DNA of 63,976 bases, filler included, from Octopus bimaculoides (GCF_001194135.2; 5 parts of 5 records of this genome joined end to end with filler, not necessarily neighbours in it); one strand, 5' to 3'. Shown: positions 1 to 14,056, numbered from the whole stretch's first letter. Notes: generated by a model not told the origin, from the sequence alone. Made by a program: numbers and translations.

Positions 1-72
1 ACTGGGATCGATGTAATCGACTAGCACCCTCCCCCACAATTTCAGCCCCTTGTGCCCTATAGTAGAAAGGAT
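1..72 (+). mobile_element. 3' end of tRNA-derived SINE (family C)
   Basis: Matches the 3' half of family C (gatgtaatcgact...cttgtgcc...agtagaaaggatt) seen in many copies in this window. Confidence 0.8.
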
Positions 73-252
73 TGTAACAGTGAGCAGGTGTGGTCACCGT
101 TTGTCTCACGGGATTTTCCGTAGCTCGCCTTATTAACGGTACTACAGTTCTAAATCAAGCGTAGACCAAGAAAGCGCTCTTGGCACCTGGAGTGTCAGCA
201 AGCGCTCACAGCTTTCTGCCAGTCAGGCAACGCGATCGGTGGAAGTTCCACT

Positions 253-760
253 ATGGAGTTCTATAGGGGATTAGTGGAGGGAAAGAGAGACGACATACTC
301 AGGGAAACTCTGGACGTCGGGAGGGATCAACTAACTGGTCTTTTCCGGAGGACTTCGGTCCGGGCTCTTTGGATAACTTTCAGAAATCCCTGGCCAGGCA
401 GTGCTACCAGGGATTTCATCCGGTTCGAGACAAGTTCTACAGACACAGAAATGCTGTCAGACGGACCTGTCCGAAGTGTGCACAGGACAACGAAATCGTC
501 CTGGATGCACTCGTCCAGTGTCCGTGTATTACTGACTTGTGGAGCTTTGTCGAACAGCTGTTATTACGTGTAGGACAGATCCGGTTAACAGGCGAGTCTA
601 TCGTGAAGATCGCCCCGCCGCCTCACTTTGGCCTGGAAGAAAAGGCAGTTTTCCTTTATCTGGTGGCTATGGGGAAGGAGGTAGTGTGGTGGACGAGATT
701 GAAAGGACTGAAGACAGATACTTTCCTCTTTGGCCAAGCCCTAATCGACTTTTTCTAGTT
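253..760 (+). mobile_element. Tx1/L1-clade LINE ORF2 C-terminal remnant (zf-RVT-like Cys domain), frameshifted
   Basis: ORFs 253-573 and 369-758 join across a frameshift. The segment DNFQKSLARQCYQGFHPVRDKFYRH...TCPKCAQDNEIVLDALVQC has the CxxC...E...(H)...C spacing typical of L1/Tx1 ORF2 C-termini. Confidence 0.75.
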
Positions 761-769
761 CCACTATGT

Positions 770-945
770 TCGACACACATATACACGACAGGCTTCTTTC
801 AGTTTCCGTCTACTAAATTCGCTCAAAAGACATTGGTCGGCTCTAGGCTATGGTAGAAGACACTTGTCCAAGGTGTAAGGTCGTGGGATTGAAACCGGAA
901 TCACGTGACCAGGAAGCAAGCTTCTTACCTCACAGCTGCGTCTGC
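770..945 (-). mobile_element. SINE family A, 5' half
   Basis: ggcttctttcagtttccgtct...gaagacacttgtccaaggtg...gaagcaagcttcttacc is the reverse complement of the family A tRNA-like head and central domain. Confidence 0.8.
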
Positions 946-1096
946 TCAGCAGTATTTCGTCTGTCTTCACGTTGTGAGTTCAAATTCCGCCGAAGTCTCT
1001 TTTACCTTTTATCCTTTCGGGGGTCGATAAAATAAGTACCAGCTGAATACTGGTCGATGTAATTAACTTATCCCTTCCCTCAAAATTGCTGGGCTC
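943..1096 (+). mobile_element. SINE family C, partial
   Basis: B-box gagttcaaattccgcc followed by gggtcgataaaataagtaccag. Confidence 0.75.
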
Positions 1097-1972
1097 AATA
1101 TTCTTCTGCCTACATATATAGCAGATCACTAGCTCCCTTTGACTTCTTTTGCTCGTCTTCCAGAAAACCATAATCCTTCGTCTGCTATTACAACCAGTAA
1201 AGAACTTCCTGAGGAATGGTAAAATTGCTGATGCTTCAGATTATTTTTCGTTTTAATTGCCATTGGTAATTATTCTCTCTCTCCCCCCCCTCTCTCTCTC
1301 AACTCTCCCTCTTTCTCTCTCATTCTCTCTCTTTATATATTGCTCAAAATGTGGAGCAAAAAAAAACAGCCGACAACAGATGAAGGGTCGTTCTTTATGT
1401 TACCTGTCCTGTTTTTCTTTTGTTTCTTTCGTTGTTTGCAAAAAAGTTCGTATTCCATGTTTTCGTATGTCGTATTTCATGTTGTTTACGTTCTGTGACG
1501 TCCTGTGCCCATATATGCATTCGTATAGACATATATATGTAAGTATGTACANNNNNNNNNNNNNNNNNNNNNNNNNNNNNNNNNNNNNNNNNNNNNNNNN
1601 NNNNNNNNNNNNNNNNNNNNNNNNNNNNNNNNNNNNNNNNNNNNNNNNNNNNNNNNNNNNNNNNNNNNNNNNNNNNNNNNNNNNNNNNNNNNNNNNNNNN
1701 NNNNNNNNNNNNNNNNNNNNNNNNNNNNNNNNNNNNNNNNNNNNNNNNNNNNNNNNNNNNNNNNNNNNNNNNNNNNNNNNNNNNNNNNNNNNNNNNNNNN
1801 NNNNNNNNNNNNNNNNNNNNNNNNNNNNNNNNNNNNNNNNNNNNNNNNNNNNNNNNNNNNNNNNNNNNNNNNNNNNNNNNNNNNNNNNNNNNNNNNNNNN
1901 NNNNNNNNNNNNNNNNNNNNNNNNNNNNNNNNNNNNNNNNNNNNNNNNNNNNNNNNNNNNNNNNNNNNNNNN

Positions 1973-2037
<65 letters not shown>

Positions 2038-2459
2038 CATAGATATCTGTATCTATCTGTGTATATAAATGTATGTATGTCTATATGTGTGTGTATACGC
2101 GTATATACGTCAGTGTTCCTGTATGTACTAATAGTAATACACACATACGCTTACACACGTGTGTGTATATATTTGTTCTGGTACGTGTGTGTTGTTAGTA
2201 CGTACATTACTTACTGCACTCAATCACATGTTTGTACTTATGTTTATTGTGCAGGTGTTATGACACAACATTCAAATTTTGTCCTGTCACCCTTCATAAC
2301 TCCGTTTCCACATCCTAGCCACGCTCATCTTTTACGTTCAACTTTCACTTTCACTATCAACACTATTTTCTATTTTCCACTTCAACCAACGAACGCAAAT
2401 ATGCACACACATACACAGACGCACGAACGTACGCACACATACACACACATTTACATAGA

Positions 2460-3185
2460 CCACTGCTACCACCACATTCTCCGCCACAAGTACCACTACA
2501 ACACCATCAGCGCAAACTCTACCACCACCACCACCACCAACACAACAACAAAAACACTAACACTCTCACTACCACCACTACAGCTATTACTACCAGTACA
2601 AACATCACCACTGCTACTAACAGTACTACTACCACTACCACCACCTCCACCACCACCTCTACCACCACCTCCACCACCACAGCTACTACTATCCTTACTA
2701 CCACCAGTACCACCGCTATCCCTACCATCACCGCTAGCACCTACCACGATAACATCACCTCCAATACCACTGTCACCACCACCACTTCTACCACCATTGT
2801 AATGACGACGACGACGATGACGACGACTACCACCATCACCACTACAACCATTACTACCTCCACCACTACCACCGCTACTACCACAGCACCACTAGTAGTA
2901 CTACTACCACCACTAAAACCACGGTAACCACAGCTACCATTGCCAGCTCCACAACCATACTACTATCACCTCAGCAACTACAACAAAACCACCACCACCA
3001 CCGCCACCACTGTTGCTACTACAAGTGCAACCACAACTACCACCCTCTTTCCAACCACTCCCTGCATCTACCCACCTATCCACCTACCCACCCGAGTGCT
3101 ATCCATCTTATTCCCCTCCCGACACACACACACACGTGCCTCCCCATTCATTATATCGCCCTCCCACCGCCGCCGCCGCCACTGT
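2460..3185. repeat. Degenerate (CAC)n/(CTA)n/(GAC)n trinucleotide array
   Basis: Runs of accacc/actact/acgacg; source of the low-complexity poly-P/T and poly-G/S ORFs. Confidence 0.9.
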
Positions 3186-3339
3186 TTCCTTAGATACGGC
3201 GGTTCCTTCAAGAGATGCCTACTATAAGCCTACGTCACACTCCACTTGTGAAACTTGCACACTTCTGCCTCTTGTCTAATAAAGCAACCGCTGTGATTTA
3301 TGGATACATTCTCGCTTCTAATAACAATAACATCATTAC

Positions 3340-3357
3340 AGTAATAATAATAATAAC

Positions 3358-3419
<62 letters not shown>

Positions 3420-3571
3420 TGAAGATGATGATGAAGATGAAGATGATGAAGATGATGAAGATGATGATGAACATGTTAGTGATGATGAGGATGATGATGA
3501 TGATGATTCTGATGTCGGTAGAGGTAGTGGTGGTGATGTTAATGATGATAAAAGCAGTAAAAATAATACCA

Positions 3572-3632
<61 letters not shown>
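3340..3632. repeat. (TAA)n - (GAT)n - (TAA)n compound microsatellite
   Basis: Read directly from the sequence. Confidence 0.95.
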
Positions 3633-4945
<1,313 letters not shown>

Positions 4946-5483
4946 CCAATAAAATGTTTCCTGCTGTTCTCGCTGCCCCTCTATGAAAGAAGGTTTAATA
5001 TTNNNNNNNNNNNNNNNNNNNNNNNNNNNNNNNNNNNNNNNNNNNNNNNNNNNNNNNNNNNNNNNNNNNNNNNNNNNNNNNNNNNNNNNNNNNNNNNNNN
5101 NNNNNNNNNNNNNNNNNNNNNNNNNNNNNNNNNNNNNNNNNNNNNNNNNNNNNNNNNNNNNNNNNNNNNNNNNNNNNNNNNNNNNNNNNNNNNNNNNNNN
5201 NNNNNNNNNNNNNNNNNNNNNNNNNNNNNNNNNNNNNNNNNNNNNNNNNNNNNNNNNNNNNNNNNNNNNNNNNNNNNNNNNNNNNNNNNNNNNNNNNNNN
5301 NNNNNNNNNNNNNNNNNNNNNNNNNNNNNNNNNNNNNNNNNNNNNNNNNNNNNNNNNNNNNNNNNNNNNNNNNNNNNNNNNNNNNNNNNNNNNNNNNNNN
5401 NNNNNNNNNNNNNNNNNNNNNNNNNNNNNNNNNNNNNNNNNNNNNNNNNNNNNNNNNNNNNNNNNNNNNNNNNNNNNNNNNNN

Positions 5484-5804
5484 TCATAGGATCGCGTTGT
5501 GAGTGTTTATTGAGCGAAAACACCTAAAGCTCCACGAGGCTCCGACAGGGGATGGTGGCGAACCCCGCTGTACTCTTCCACCACAACTTTCTCTCAGTCT
5601 TTCTTCCTGTTTCTGTTGTTCCTGTAATTCAAAGGGTCAGCCTTGTCACACTGTGTCACGCTGAATATCCCCGAGAACTACGTTAAGGGTACACGTGTCT
5701 GTGGATTGTTCAGCCACTTGCACGTTAATTTCAGGAGCAGGCTGTTCCGTTGATCGGGTCAACTAGAACCCTCGACGTCGTAAGCGACGGAGTGCCAACA
5801 ACAA
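5484..5804 (+). mobile_element. SINE-like family D (5' end in gap, short (CAA)n tail)
   Basis: About 300 bp closely similar to 49518-49833; both end in gacgtcgtaagcgacggagtgccaacaa. The same end occurs reversed at 13024-13067. Orientation is inferred from the tail. Confidence 0.65.
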
Positions 5805-6319
5805 ATATATATATATACATATATATATATATCCATCTATTCCTTAAATGATTTTATTTTTTTGAAAGGCTCGATAGGTTGTTTCTTTTAACTTGTATTT
5901 CGATATATCGGCTTTAAAGCAAATGTCTAATTTCACACTCACTATGTCTAATGTAAAACAGCATCTTTCGATAGAGTGACCATGCGGTTGCTCGAAATGC
6001 GAGAAATAGCAAGGAAATCTCCTTCAGCTCACACCTGATGTTGCTACTTCATTTTTTCTTTTAGAACGTCATGCAATAAAATATTCTATAACAGACTTCT
6101 AGGTGTTCTACGTCTAGGAAAGAACGGGACGGCTACGGTTGGAGTGACTTTGATCATGGGACAGCTCTATGAAAGCTTAGTTGGCCTAAGCAGCAACAAC
6201 AAGAACGTCGTTCTGCTTCGTAAAATTCATTCCACTTAAGAAGCATAAAAACGAATGCAATCACGCATTATTGATAATTTAATTCTACTCTACAGCTGTT
6301 CCCAACGGTTAGAATACAA

Positions 6320-6630
6320 GCATCATAATTCTTATCTCTTTTACTTGTTTCAGTCATTTGACTGCGGCCATGCTGGAACACCGCATTTAGTCGAGCAAAT
6401 CGACCCCAGGACTTATTCTTTGTAAGCCTAGTACTTATTCTATCGGTCTCTTTTTGCCGAACCGCTAGGTTNNNNNNNNNNTTTCCGTCTACCAAATCCA
6501 CACACAAGGCTTTGGTCGGCCCGAGGCTATAGTAGAAGACACTTGCCGAGGGTGCCACGCAGTGGGACTGAACCCGGAACCATGTGGTTGGTAAGCAAGC
6601 TACTTACCACACATCCATGGCCTGCGCCTA
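6320..6630 (-). mobile_element. SINE family A, near full length, with internal 10-N gap
   Basis: cttttacttgtttcagtcatttgactgcggccatgctgg...gggactgaacccggaaccatgtggttggtaagcaagctacttaccacac. The reverse strand has a tRNA-like head with B-box gggttcagtccc. Confidence 0.9.
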
Positions 6631-7796
6631 TAATCAATATACGAGTATTTTCTTCAACCAAGCGACTATTTCTGTCATGTTTTATATTTGATTAGTTTCT
6701 TTCTCAGCCTTCAAAATGTACAAAGGTGTAAGTTCAAAATTTTCCCTGAGTGTCTCAGCCATAGAATTCCATTTCGCCCATCGCTGTTGCTTCGCCATTG
6801 CTGTTGCGACTACCGCCGCTGCTGTCGTTACAATAGTCATCGGTTCTTTTGCAATGTATATTGATGCCTCGAACACCCGCTTCTTGACGCTTGGGACGCA
6901 GTTGTTAAGCTTTCATTCTTAACGCGCCAAACACTCGTTTGGTCAGCGTTAACTTCCGGTATCGTCATTGTACAACAGGAAGCCAGTATTTCACTAAACT
7001 GTGAAATTGAAATTCTTCAGTGAATCAGGGTCCTTTGTCTTATCCAATCCCCTTTCAGTTTTCATATCCCGTATACGGCAAAGGGTACAAACCGCAACCG
7101 CTATTTGTATGTAATATTTCCGTTTAAAAACCAAATTACACGAGACTCTGCTCTAATATTCATCATTAATTGTGACAACTTGATGTTAATGACACTAAGA
7201 TTAATGCTGAAGTGAACTATTATTGAATATATATATATATANNNNNNNNNNNNNNNNNNNNNNNNNNNNNNNNNNNNNNNNNNNNNNNNNNNNNNNNNNN
7301 NNNNNNNNNNNNNNNNNNNNNNNNNNNNNNNNNNNNNNNNNNNNNNNNNNNNNNNNNNNNNNNNNNNNNNNNNNNNNNNNNNNNNNNNNNNNNNNNNNNN
7401 NNNNNNNNNNNNNNNNNNNNNNNNNNNNNNNNNNNNNNNNNNNNNNNNNNNNNNNNNNNNNNNNNNNNNNNNNNNNNNNNNNNNNNNNNNNNNNNNNNNN
7501 NNNNNNNNNNNNNNNNNNNNNNNNNNNNNNNNNNNNNNNNNNNNNNNNNNNNNNNNNNNNNNNNNNNNNNNNNNNNNNNNNNNNNNNNNNNNNNNNNNNN
7601 NNNNNNNNNNNNNNNNNNNNNNNNNNNNNNNNNNNNNNNNNNNNNNNNNNNNNNNNNNNNNNNNNNNNNNNNNNNNNNNNNNNNNNNNNNNNNNNNNNNN
7701 NNNNNNNNNNNNNNNNNNNNNNNNNNNNNNNNNNNNNNNNNNNNNNNNNNNNNNNNNNNNNNNNNNNNNNNNNNNNNNNNNNNNNNNNNNNNNNNN

Positions 7797-7842
<46 letters not shown>

Positions 7843-8140
7843 GAATTCTCTGGGGTTTGGATAATTCACCTTTGGAAACGTGGGTGGTTTGTACAGCATC
7901 CTTGAACAACCCTTATTCAGGGACCTTTGAGTGGGATGGGATACTCGACATGAAGAAAAGTCTAACTGGGCCCCACCTGCAAGGTCATGCGCTGTTTATC
8001 TTGATATGAAATCTCTATGTTGTTCACATATGGTTGTGATGCACGTGCCTGGTGTATCCTTATGAGACGGGTAGTCATGACGGGTACACTGGGCTTCGTA
8101 TATTTTACCTCTGTGTCACTTTGATGGTGTACATTGCTAG

Positions 8141-8512
8141 CCATACATAGTCTTAATTGAGAAAGGAAGCAAACTATGCTGGATCGTAGATATAGCATGC
8201 CCAGCTGACAACACAGTATGCCATAAGGAAGAAAGAAAAGTCGATGGATACGATAGGTTAGCTTGGGAGGTTAAGCAGTTGTGGTCGATGAAAAAGGTGG
8301 TAGTAGTACCAATTAACTGTCAGAGCCCTAGGAACAGTGAATAAAAATCTTGAGGAGTACCTGCAACAAATAGGGGCTGCAATAAGGGTGGAGCACTTGC
8401 AGAAAACAGCACTGCTTGGAACCGTTCGAATACTCCGGAAGGTGCTCGAAAAATAAGGGGTGTTACCTTAGTTCCGTAGTACATCTCCAGCGTTAGAAGC
8501 GGTGGAATGGCA
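8141..8512 (+). mobile_element. 5'-truncated R4/Dong-like non-LTR retrotransposon: restriction-like endonuclease (RLE) domain, stop codon and 3' UTR, followed by (TAA)n
   Basis: Manual translation with one frameshift: PYIVLIEKGSKLCWIVDIACPADNTVCHKEERKVDGYDRLAWEVKQLWSMKKVVVVPI/.ALGTVNKNLEEYLQQIGAAIRVEHLQKTALLGTVRILRKVLEK* (TAA at 8454-8456). This is the PD-(D/E)xK layout, with the catalytic PD mutated to PY. Confidence 0.85.
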
Positions 8513-8574
8513 ATAATAACAATAATAATAATGATAATAATAATAAAAATAATAAGCATAATAATGATAATAAT

Positions 8575-8750
8575 AATCCTTCTACTAAAATTTTGACGCC
8601 AGTGTTGTACTGGTACCTAATTTATCGACCCCGAAAGGATGAAAGGCAAAGTCGACCTCGGTGGAGTTTGAACTCAGAACGTAGCGACGGACGAAATACC
8701 GCTATCACTTCGTTCAGTGTGCTAACGATTCTGCCAGCTCGTCACCTTAA
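8575..8750 (-). mobile_element. SINE family C, internally deleted, flanked by (TAA)n
   Basis: ttatcgaccccgaaaggatgaaaggcaaagtcgacctcgg...gattctgccagctcgtcacctt. Confidence 0.85.
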
Positions 8751-9121
8751 TATGAATATTAATAATAATAATAATAATAATTGTATTTTAACACCAATGA
8801 AAAGCCAATGGATTTTCAGTTCCTCTCAGTTATTCATTATATATTATATATTATAATTATATTTATGTGGTGAGTATGGAGAGGGGGGGGGAGGAGTTGA
8901 GGTAGGGACAAACATATGAGTAATTTCTTCTGTAGCCCGTACTTTGGCGCTAATTACGCTCCGGACCAGACAGCTACGATTTTCGGGCTTGTTTTATTGC
9001 AGATGATTGTGGATCCATCTCCAAAGCATAAACAACCAGTTAACATTCAGATACACACTCACACATACATACATACATACAAACATACATACAAACAAAC
9101 ATACATACATACATACATACA

Positions 9122-9157
<36 letters not shown>

Positions 9158-9394
9158 TACATACACATACACACACTCATATATANNNNNNNNNNNNNNN
9201 NNNNNNNNNNNNNNNNNNNNNNNNNNNNNNNNNNNNNNNNNNNNNNNNNNNNNNNNNNNNNNNNNNNNNNNNNNNNNNNNNNNNNNNNNNNNNNNNNNNN
9301 NNNNNNNNNNNNNNNNNNNNNNNNNNNNNNNNNNNNNNNNNNNNNNNNNNNNNNNNNNNNNNNNNNNNNNNNNNNNNNNNNNNNNNNNNNNNNN

Positions 9395-9474
<80 letters not shown>

Positions 9475-10173
9475 GTGTGTGTATATATATATGAATGTAT
9501 GAATACAAGCACACACACTTACAAACACACACAAAAGCTCACACGCTCGTTCCCGATCTTCTATAAAAAGCATTCATTTTAATATCCGGTAAAAGATGGC
9601 CGAAATTCACTTCCGGTAGGTCGTGATCTTTACTGACAAGCAAAGAGAGAAATTGATAAAGTAGTTGCCGAGCGACCTTAACCAATCGAAGAACTTTCAT
9701 AAAATTAAAGGTAATTGATTGGCGGATGAAAATAAAGTGCCATTGAATTGCTTCCATTCATTGGTCTAAAGATTTCTTCTGTGATGTGATTACAGACCTT
9801 GGCAATGTATTGTCTTAACACTAGAGCGAGTACTCTTCAAACCACGCTTATACACAAGCATCTGAAGTAACACAACCCCTCTCTCTCTGTGTCTTTTACG
9901 CGCATACACATTCGCACACACAAACATACACACACATATGTACATACACATACTTACACACATATGCATATTTATATACATATAGATATATATATACGTG
10001 TACACAGCACACACACGCACTCACACATTCACACAGAAACACTCGCACACATGCTCATACACAAAAAAATGAAACGAAGGCAAAAATACACAAACATACA
10101 CTGAATCACCGACTCAGGTCTATCTATTATTCTATCTATGTATATGCATATGTGTGTGTTTGTGTGCATAAAT

Positions 10174-10206
<33 letters not shown>

Positions 10207-10421
10207 CATATACACACATGCACACACACACACAGATATATCCTCCCACCTACTTAAAAAATAGTGTTCAACAGATCAAACCGCCCATATATTCAAACAT
10301 AGGTGTGTGTGTTAATGCGTGTGTATGCGCGTATGTGTGCGTAGTTCTATACACACATAGAGGCAAACGCACATATATGTATTCATATATTCCAATGTAT
10401 ATATATGCATATATATGTATA

Positions 10422-10469
<48 letters not shown>

Positions 10470-11399
10470 TGCATGCATGTATTTATGTATGTATGTATGT
10501 ATGTATATATGTGAATTTGTATTGAAATACATACAAATATATACTTACATATAAATCCAATTTATATATATTAATATACACACATACACATATATATAGA
10601 CACACATACATATACATGCATAGATGCACTCACACACACGCACGTATATATATACATATATACATATATATATATATACAATGTATATATGTATCTATAT
10701 ATATGTATGTATATATATACTATATATATACAAAGAAGTATATATAGTCAAGCAAGAAACATCCTCTAAGATAACCACATGCTGGTACCCATAGCTCCTT
10801 TCACTCCTCTGATTCACACGTTAGTTTTCTCACTGAAAGGCAAGCGCTACTCTCGGGTCCCACACCTCTCTCTCTGCACACACACACGCACGCACATGTA
10901 TATGAATATACGCACGCACATGTTGAAGCAGAAAGAATAAAAACTAGATAAAACAATAGACAATAAACAAAAAAAAAAAGTCACGTTCACATGCAGTCCT
11001 TGTTTTCTTTATCTTGCCATTTTCATTTTTGCTTTTCCTGAAAAAATGATTTTGTTTCGAAATTCAAAAGAAATATGCTTGGTTGCTTCCACCAAAGACC
11101 ATTTAAAAGACAGTCAGACATATTGGAACCAGATGAAAACCCATACATTACAAGGAAGCGTCTTTTTGACAAATTAAAGTTAGTTTTCTTTCCTTTTTCC
11201 GTTCGGCTTTCGATCGGCGCATTGAATTAAATATAGATTACCTCGTAGAATTTTTTGTTCGAACGTTGCGTTATTTTCGATCTTTCTTCACCATTCGACG
11301 ATTGGCAACAAAGGATGGCGAAGTTTCAAGACGAATGGAGTCAACGGACCCGGTTCAATTCCCGGTCGAGAATCTCTTATATTTTATCTATTTTCTTTT

Positions 11400-11585
11400 T
11401 TTTTGGTTTCAATCATTAGACTGCGGCCATGCTGGAGGACCGCCTTAAAGAATTCATAGTCGAAAGAATCGACCCCAGTATTAATCGATATTTTTTTTTG
11501 AAGCTTGGTAATTATTCTATCGGTATGTTTTGCCGAACCGCCAAGTTACTAGGACGTAAGCACACCAAGAGGTCGCAGTGACACA
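11400..11585 (-). mobile_element. SINE family A, 3' part
   Basis: tttcaatcattagactgcggccatgctgg...tttgccgaaccgccaagtt. Confidence 0.8.
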
Positions 11586-11919
11586 CACACACGCGCGCGC
11601 ATGCACGCGTGAACTTCACTTAAACATTTATTATTTGGGGGGTCAACGTTTTAATAACAGGAGAAATAAACATTGGAGGTGCTCTGTCCCCCGTAGAAAC
11701 TGAACAGCAAGAGTTACTCAGATGATTTTTTCAAGCTCTTTTAAATCCGTTGCGATGTTGGAAACCCTTCGTCAGGGTCATAAGCATTTCGCCCTTGTAT
11801 GCTTCAACTGAGTGGAGTAGGGGTAACAGATCTAGTTTTCACCTACAGAAGGTTTTCAACTGCGGTCTCATATAGACTATAGCTATCCCGTACCACATTT
11901 GTTTCATCAGTATAGCTAG

Positions 11920-12090
11920 TTAGTATAGTGAGAATTTACAAAAAAGCAAAAGACGAAGACGGGTGTGTAAACAACAAACAGATGTATTACTTTAACGCTT
12001 GGGAAGTGAGAAAGTCTTTTACGATTCGAGCCTACGCTCTTCGACAGAAAGAAACAGAGAAATAAACAGGGAGAGAAAATAAAAAGAAGG
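11920..12090 (-). mobile_element. Family H repeat (Penelope pseudo-LTR-like) containing a hammerhead motif at 12015-12052
   Basis: Reverse complement aligns to 46980-47180 and 59085-59170: tcttt-ctgtcga-a-gagc-gtag-gctc-gaat-cgt-a-aaaga. Confidence 0.65.
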
Positions 12091-12289
12091 TTTAGTGGCT
12101 AGCGATCTATCATGGCGATAGCTGTCTGTGTAAATGATGGCATGTCTGAAACAGCCACCATCAACAGCGGCGATCCAAAGACTGTTACCGTATTGCACTC
12201 CAATTGCTATTACTGCATCTTTGATGGGGGTTCCATTGGTTACTACAGCCTGGCTTTTCTATTTTAAGAAGTCATGTGACGTATATGTA

Positions 12290-12765
12290 TGTATACTCTT
12301 TTACTCTTTTACTGTTTTACTTGTTTCAGTCATTTGACTGCGGCCATGCTGGAGCACCGCCTTTAGTCGAGCAAATCGACCCCAGGACTTATTCTTTGGA
12401 AGCCTAGTACTTATTCTTTCAGTCTCTTTTGCCGAACCGCTAAGTTACGGGGACGTAAACACACCAGCATCGGTTGTCAAGCGATGCTGGTGGGGGGGGG
12501 GACAAACACAGACACACAAACATATACACGCACATACATAAATATATACATATATACCACGGGCTTCTTTCAGTTTCCGTCTACCAAATTCACTCACAAG
12601 GCTTTGGTCGGCCCGAGGCTATAGTAGAATACACTTGCCCAAGGTGCCATACAGTGGGACNNNNNNNNNNGAATACACTTGCCCAAGGTGCCATACAGTG
12701 GGACTGAACCCGGAACCATGTGGTTGGTAAGCAAGCTACTTACCACACAGCCACTCCTGCGCCTG
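12290..12765 (-). mobile_element. SINE family A, full length, with an assembly-duplicated 33 bp around the 10-N gap
   Basis: Complete tail, body and tRNA-like head ending cagccactcctgcgcct. Confidence 0.9.
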
Positions 12766-13023
12766 TATGTACGTTTTTCTTTGAGTTTTATTTAAGTTCT
12801 TTTTGAGAGCGTTCAAGCCCGTCGCTGATAAAACAACAAGACTTTTTGAGTCAAGAAAGTTCCTAGTGTTTGTAAATATGTGGTTGAGTTGGTGTGTTGG
12901 TTCAACTGTCGATGCATACACGTAAGTGTGTGCATCTATTCACATAAGAAAGAAACTCACACGGAAAACTTACATATGTTCAAATACGTACACACACGCA
13001 CTTACAAACACACATACACATAC

Positions 13024-13067
13024 GTTGTTGTTGGCACTCCGTCGCTTACGACGTCTAGGGTTCCAGT
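13024..13067 (-). mobile_element. SINE-like family D, 3' end running into a gap
   Basis: gttgttggcactccgtcgcttacgacgtc is the reverse complement of the ends at 5804 and 49833. Confidence 0.7.
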
Positions 13068-13671
13068 NNNNNNNNNNNNNNNNNNNNNNNNNNNNNNNNN
13101 NNNNNNNNNNNTTAATTAATTAANNNNNNNNNNNNNNNNNNNNNNNNNNNNNNNNNNNNNNNNNNNNTATATATTTTTTTTATGCATATACATACATACG
13201 TAGTAGGCTCAGAATCATAGCAAATTTATTTTTTCTTAGATTGAAAACAACCTAAATCGATTTTCGACGCTAATTGACATCTTATCAGAAGTCTCTACAT
13301 CACATGACCAAGCACAGAGAAATAAGTGGCCAATCAATTTATATACACATCAAATCTTGTTGCTTCAAAGAACTGGAACTTTTAACTTTTAACTACTATA
13401 TAAGTTTGAACAATTACACACACACATATATACACACACACACACATACATATATGTACAAACTACTGTTGTTTAGTTCACAGGTGATCTAAACAATTGG
13501 GTACGCTAGAAAGTGCTGTAGCGGATTATTGTATATGACTTGAGATGGTTGCCATGCCTTAATGTTTGACGTCCTGTTTAGCAATTATATATATATAAGC
13601 GTGCACGCACACACACTCCCCCACCCATATATATACCTGTATCTCTCTCTCTCTCTCTTTCTCTCTCTCTA

Positions 13672-13749
<78 letters not shown>

Positions 13750-13794
13750 CTCTTTTGTTTCAGTCATTTGACTGTGGCCATGCCGGAGCATCAT

Positions 13795-14012
13795 ACATTA
13801 TTCACATTTGACAAATATTTGTACCCTCATCTAGTTTATTGTTAACAAAACATTTCGGCTGTTATACCCTCCACCTTTCATCAGGTGTCTTGGGGGAGAT
13901 TTCGAACCTAGGTTCTCATTCCTAATGTATTTTTCGATGTTGTTGTTGTTGTTATTCCGGTCACTGCTTGGAATCGAAATAATGTACATAATTCCTCATC
14001 TCTTAAATATAG
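13795..14012 (-). mobile_element. Family G element (hammerhead-bearing, Penelope-terminus-like) with an inverted terminal piece
   Basis: 13795-13980 reverse-complements to 28298-28450, whereas 13981-14012 (tacataattcctcatctcttaaatatag) matches 28469-28499 on the same strand. Hammerhead motif at 13844-13889. Confidence 0.65.
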
Positions 14013-14015
14013 AGC

Positions 14016-14056
<41 letters not shown>

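Noticed and set aside
11313-11372. tRNA-like segment with GGTTCAATTCCC B-box resembling a tRNA-Glu 3' half
   Set aside because: No acceptor stem or anticodon arm can be folded and the T-stem is mismatched; at most a decayed tRNA or SINE head.
12628-12703. 33-bp direct repeat gaatacacttgcccaaggtgccatacagtgggac around a 10-N gap
   Set aside because: Unmerged contig overlap inside one SINE; assembly artefact.
13112-13123. TTAATTAATTAA islands inside gaps (also 32433-32444, 40190-40201, 57323-57334)
   Set aside because: Each sits in an identical 44N+12+44N = 100 bp block and has stop codons in all six frames. It is an artificial scaffolding linker, not a biological motif.
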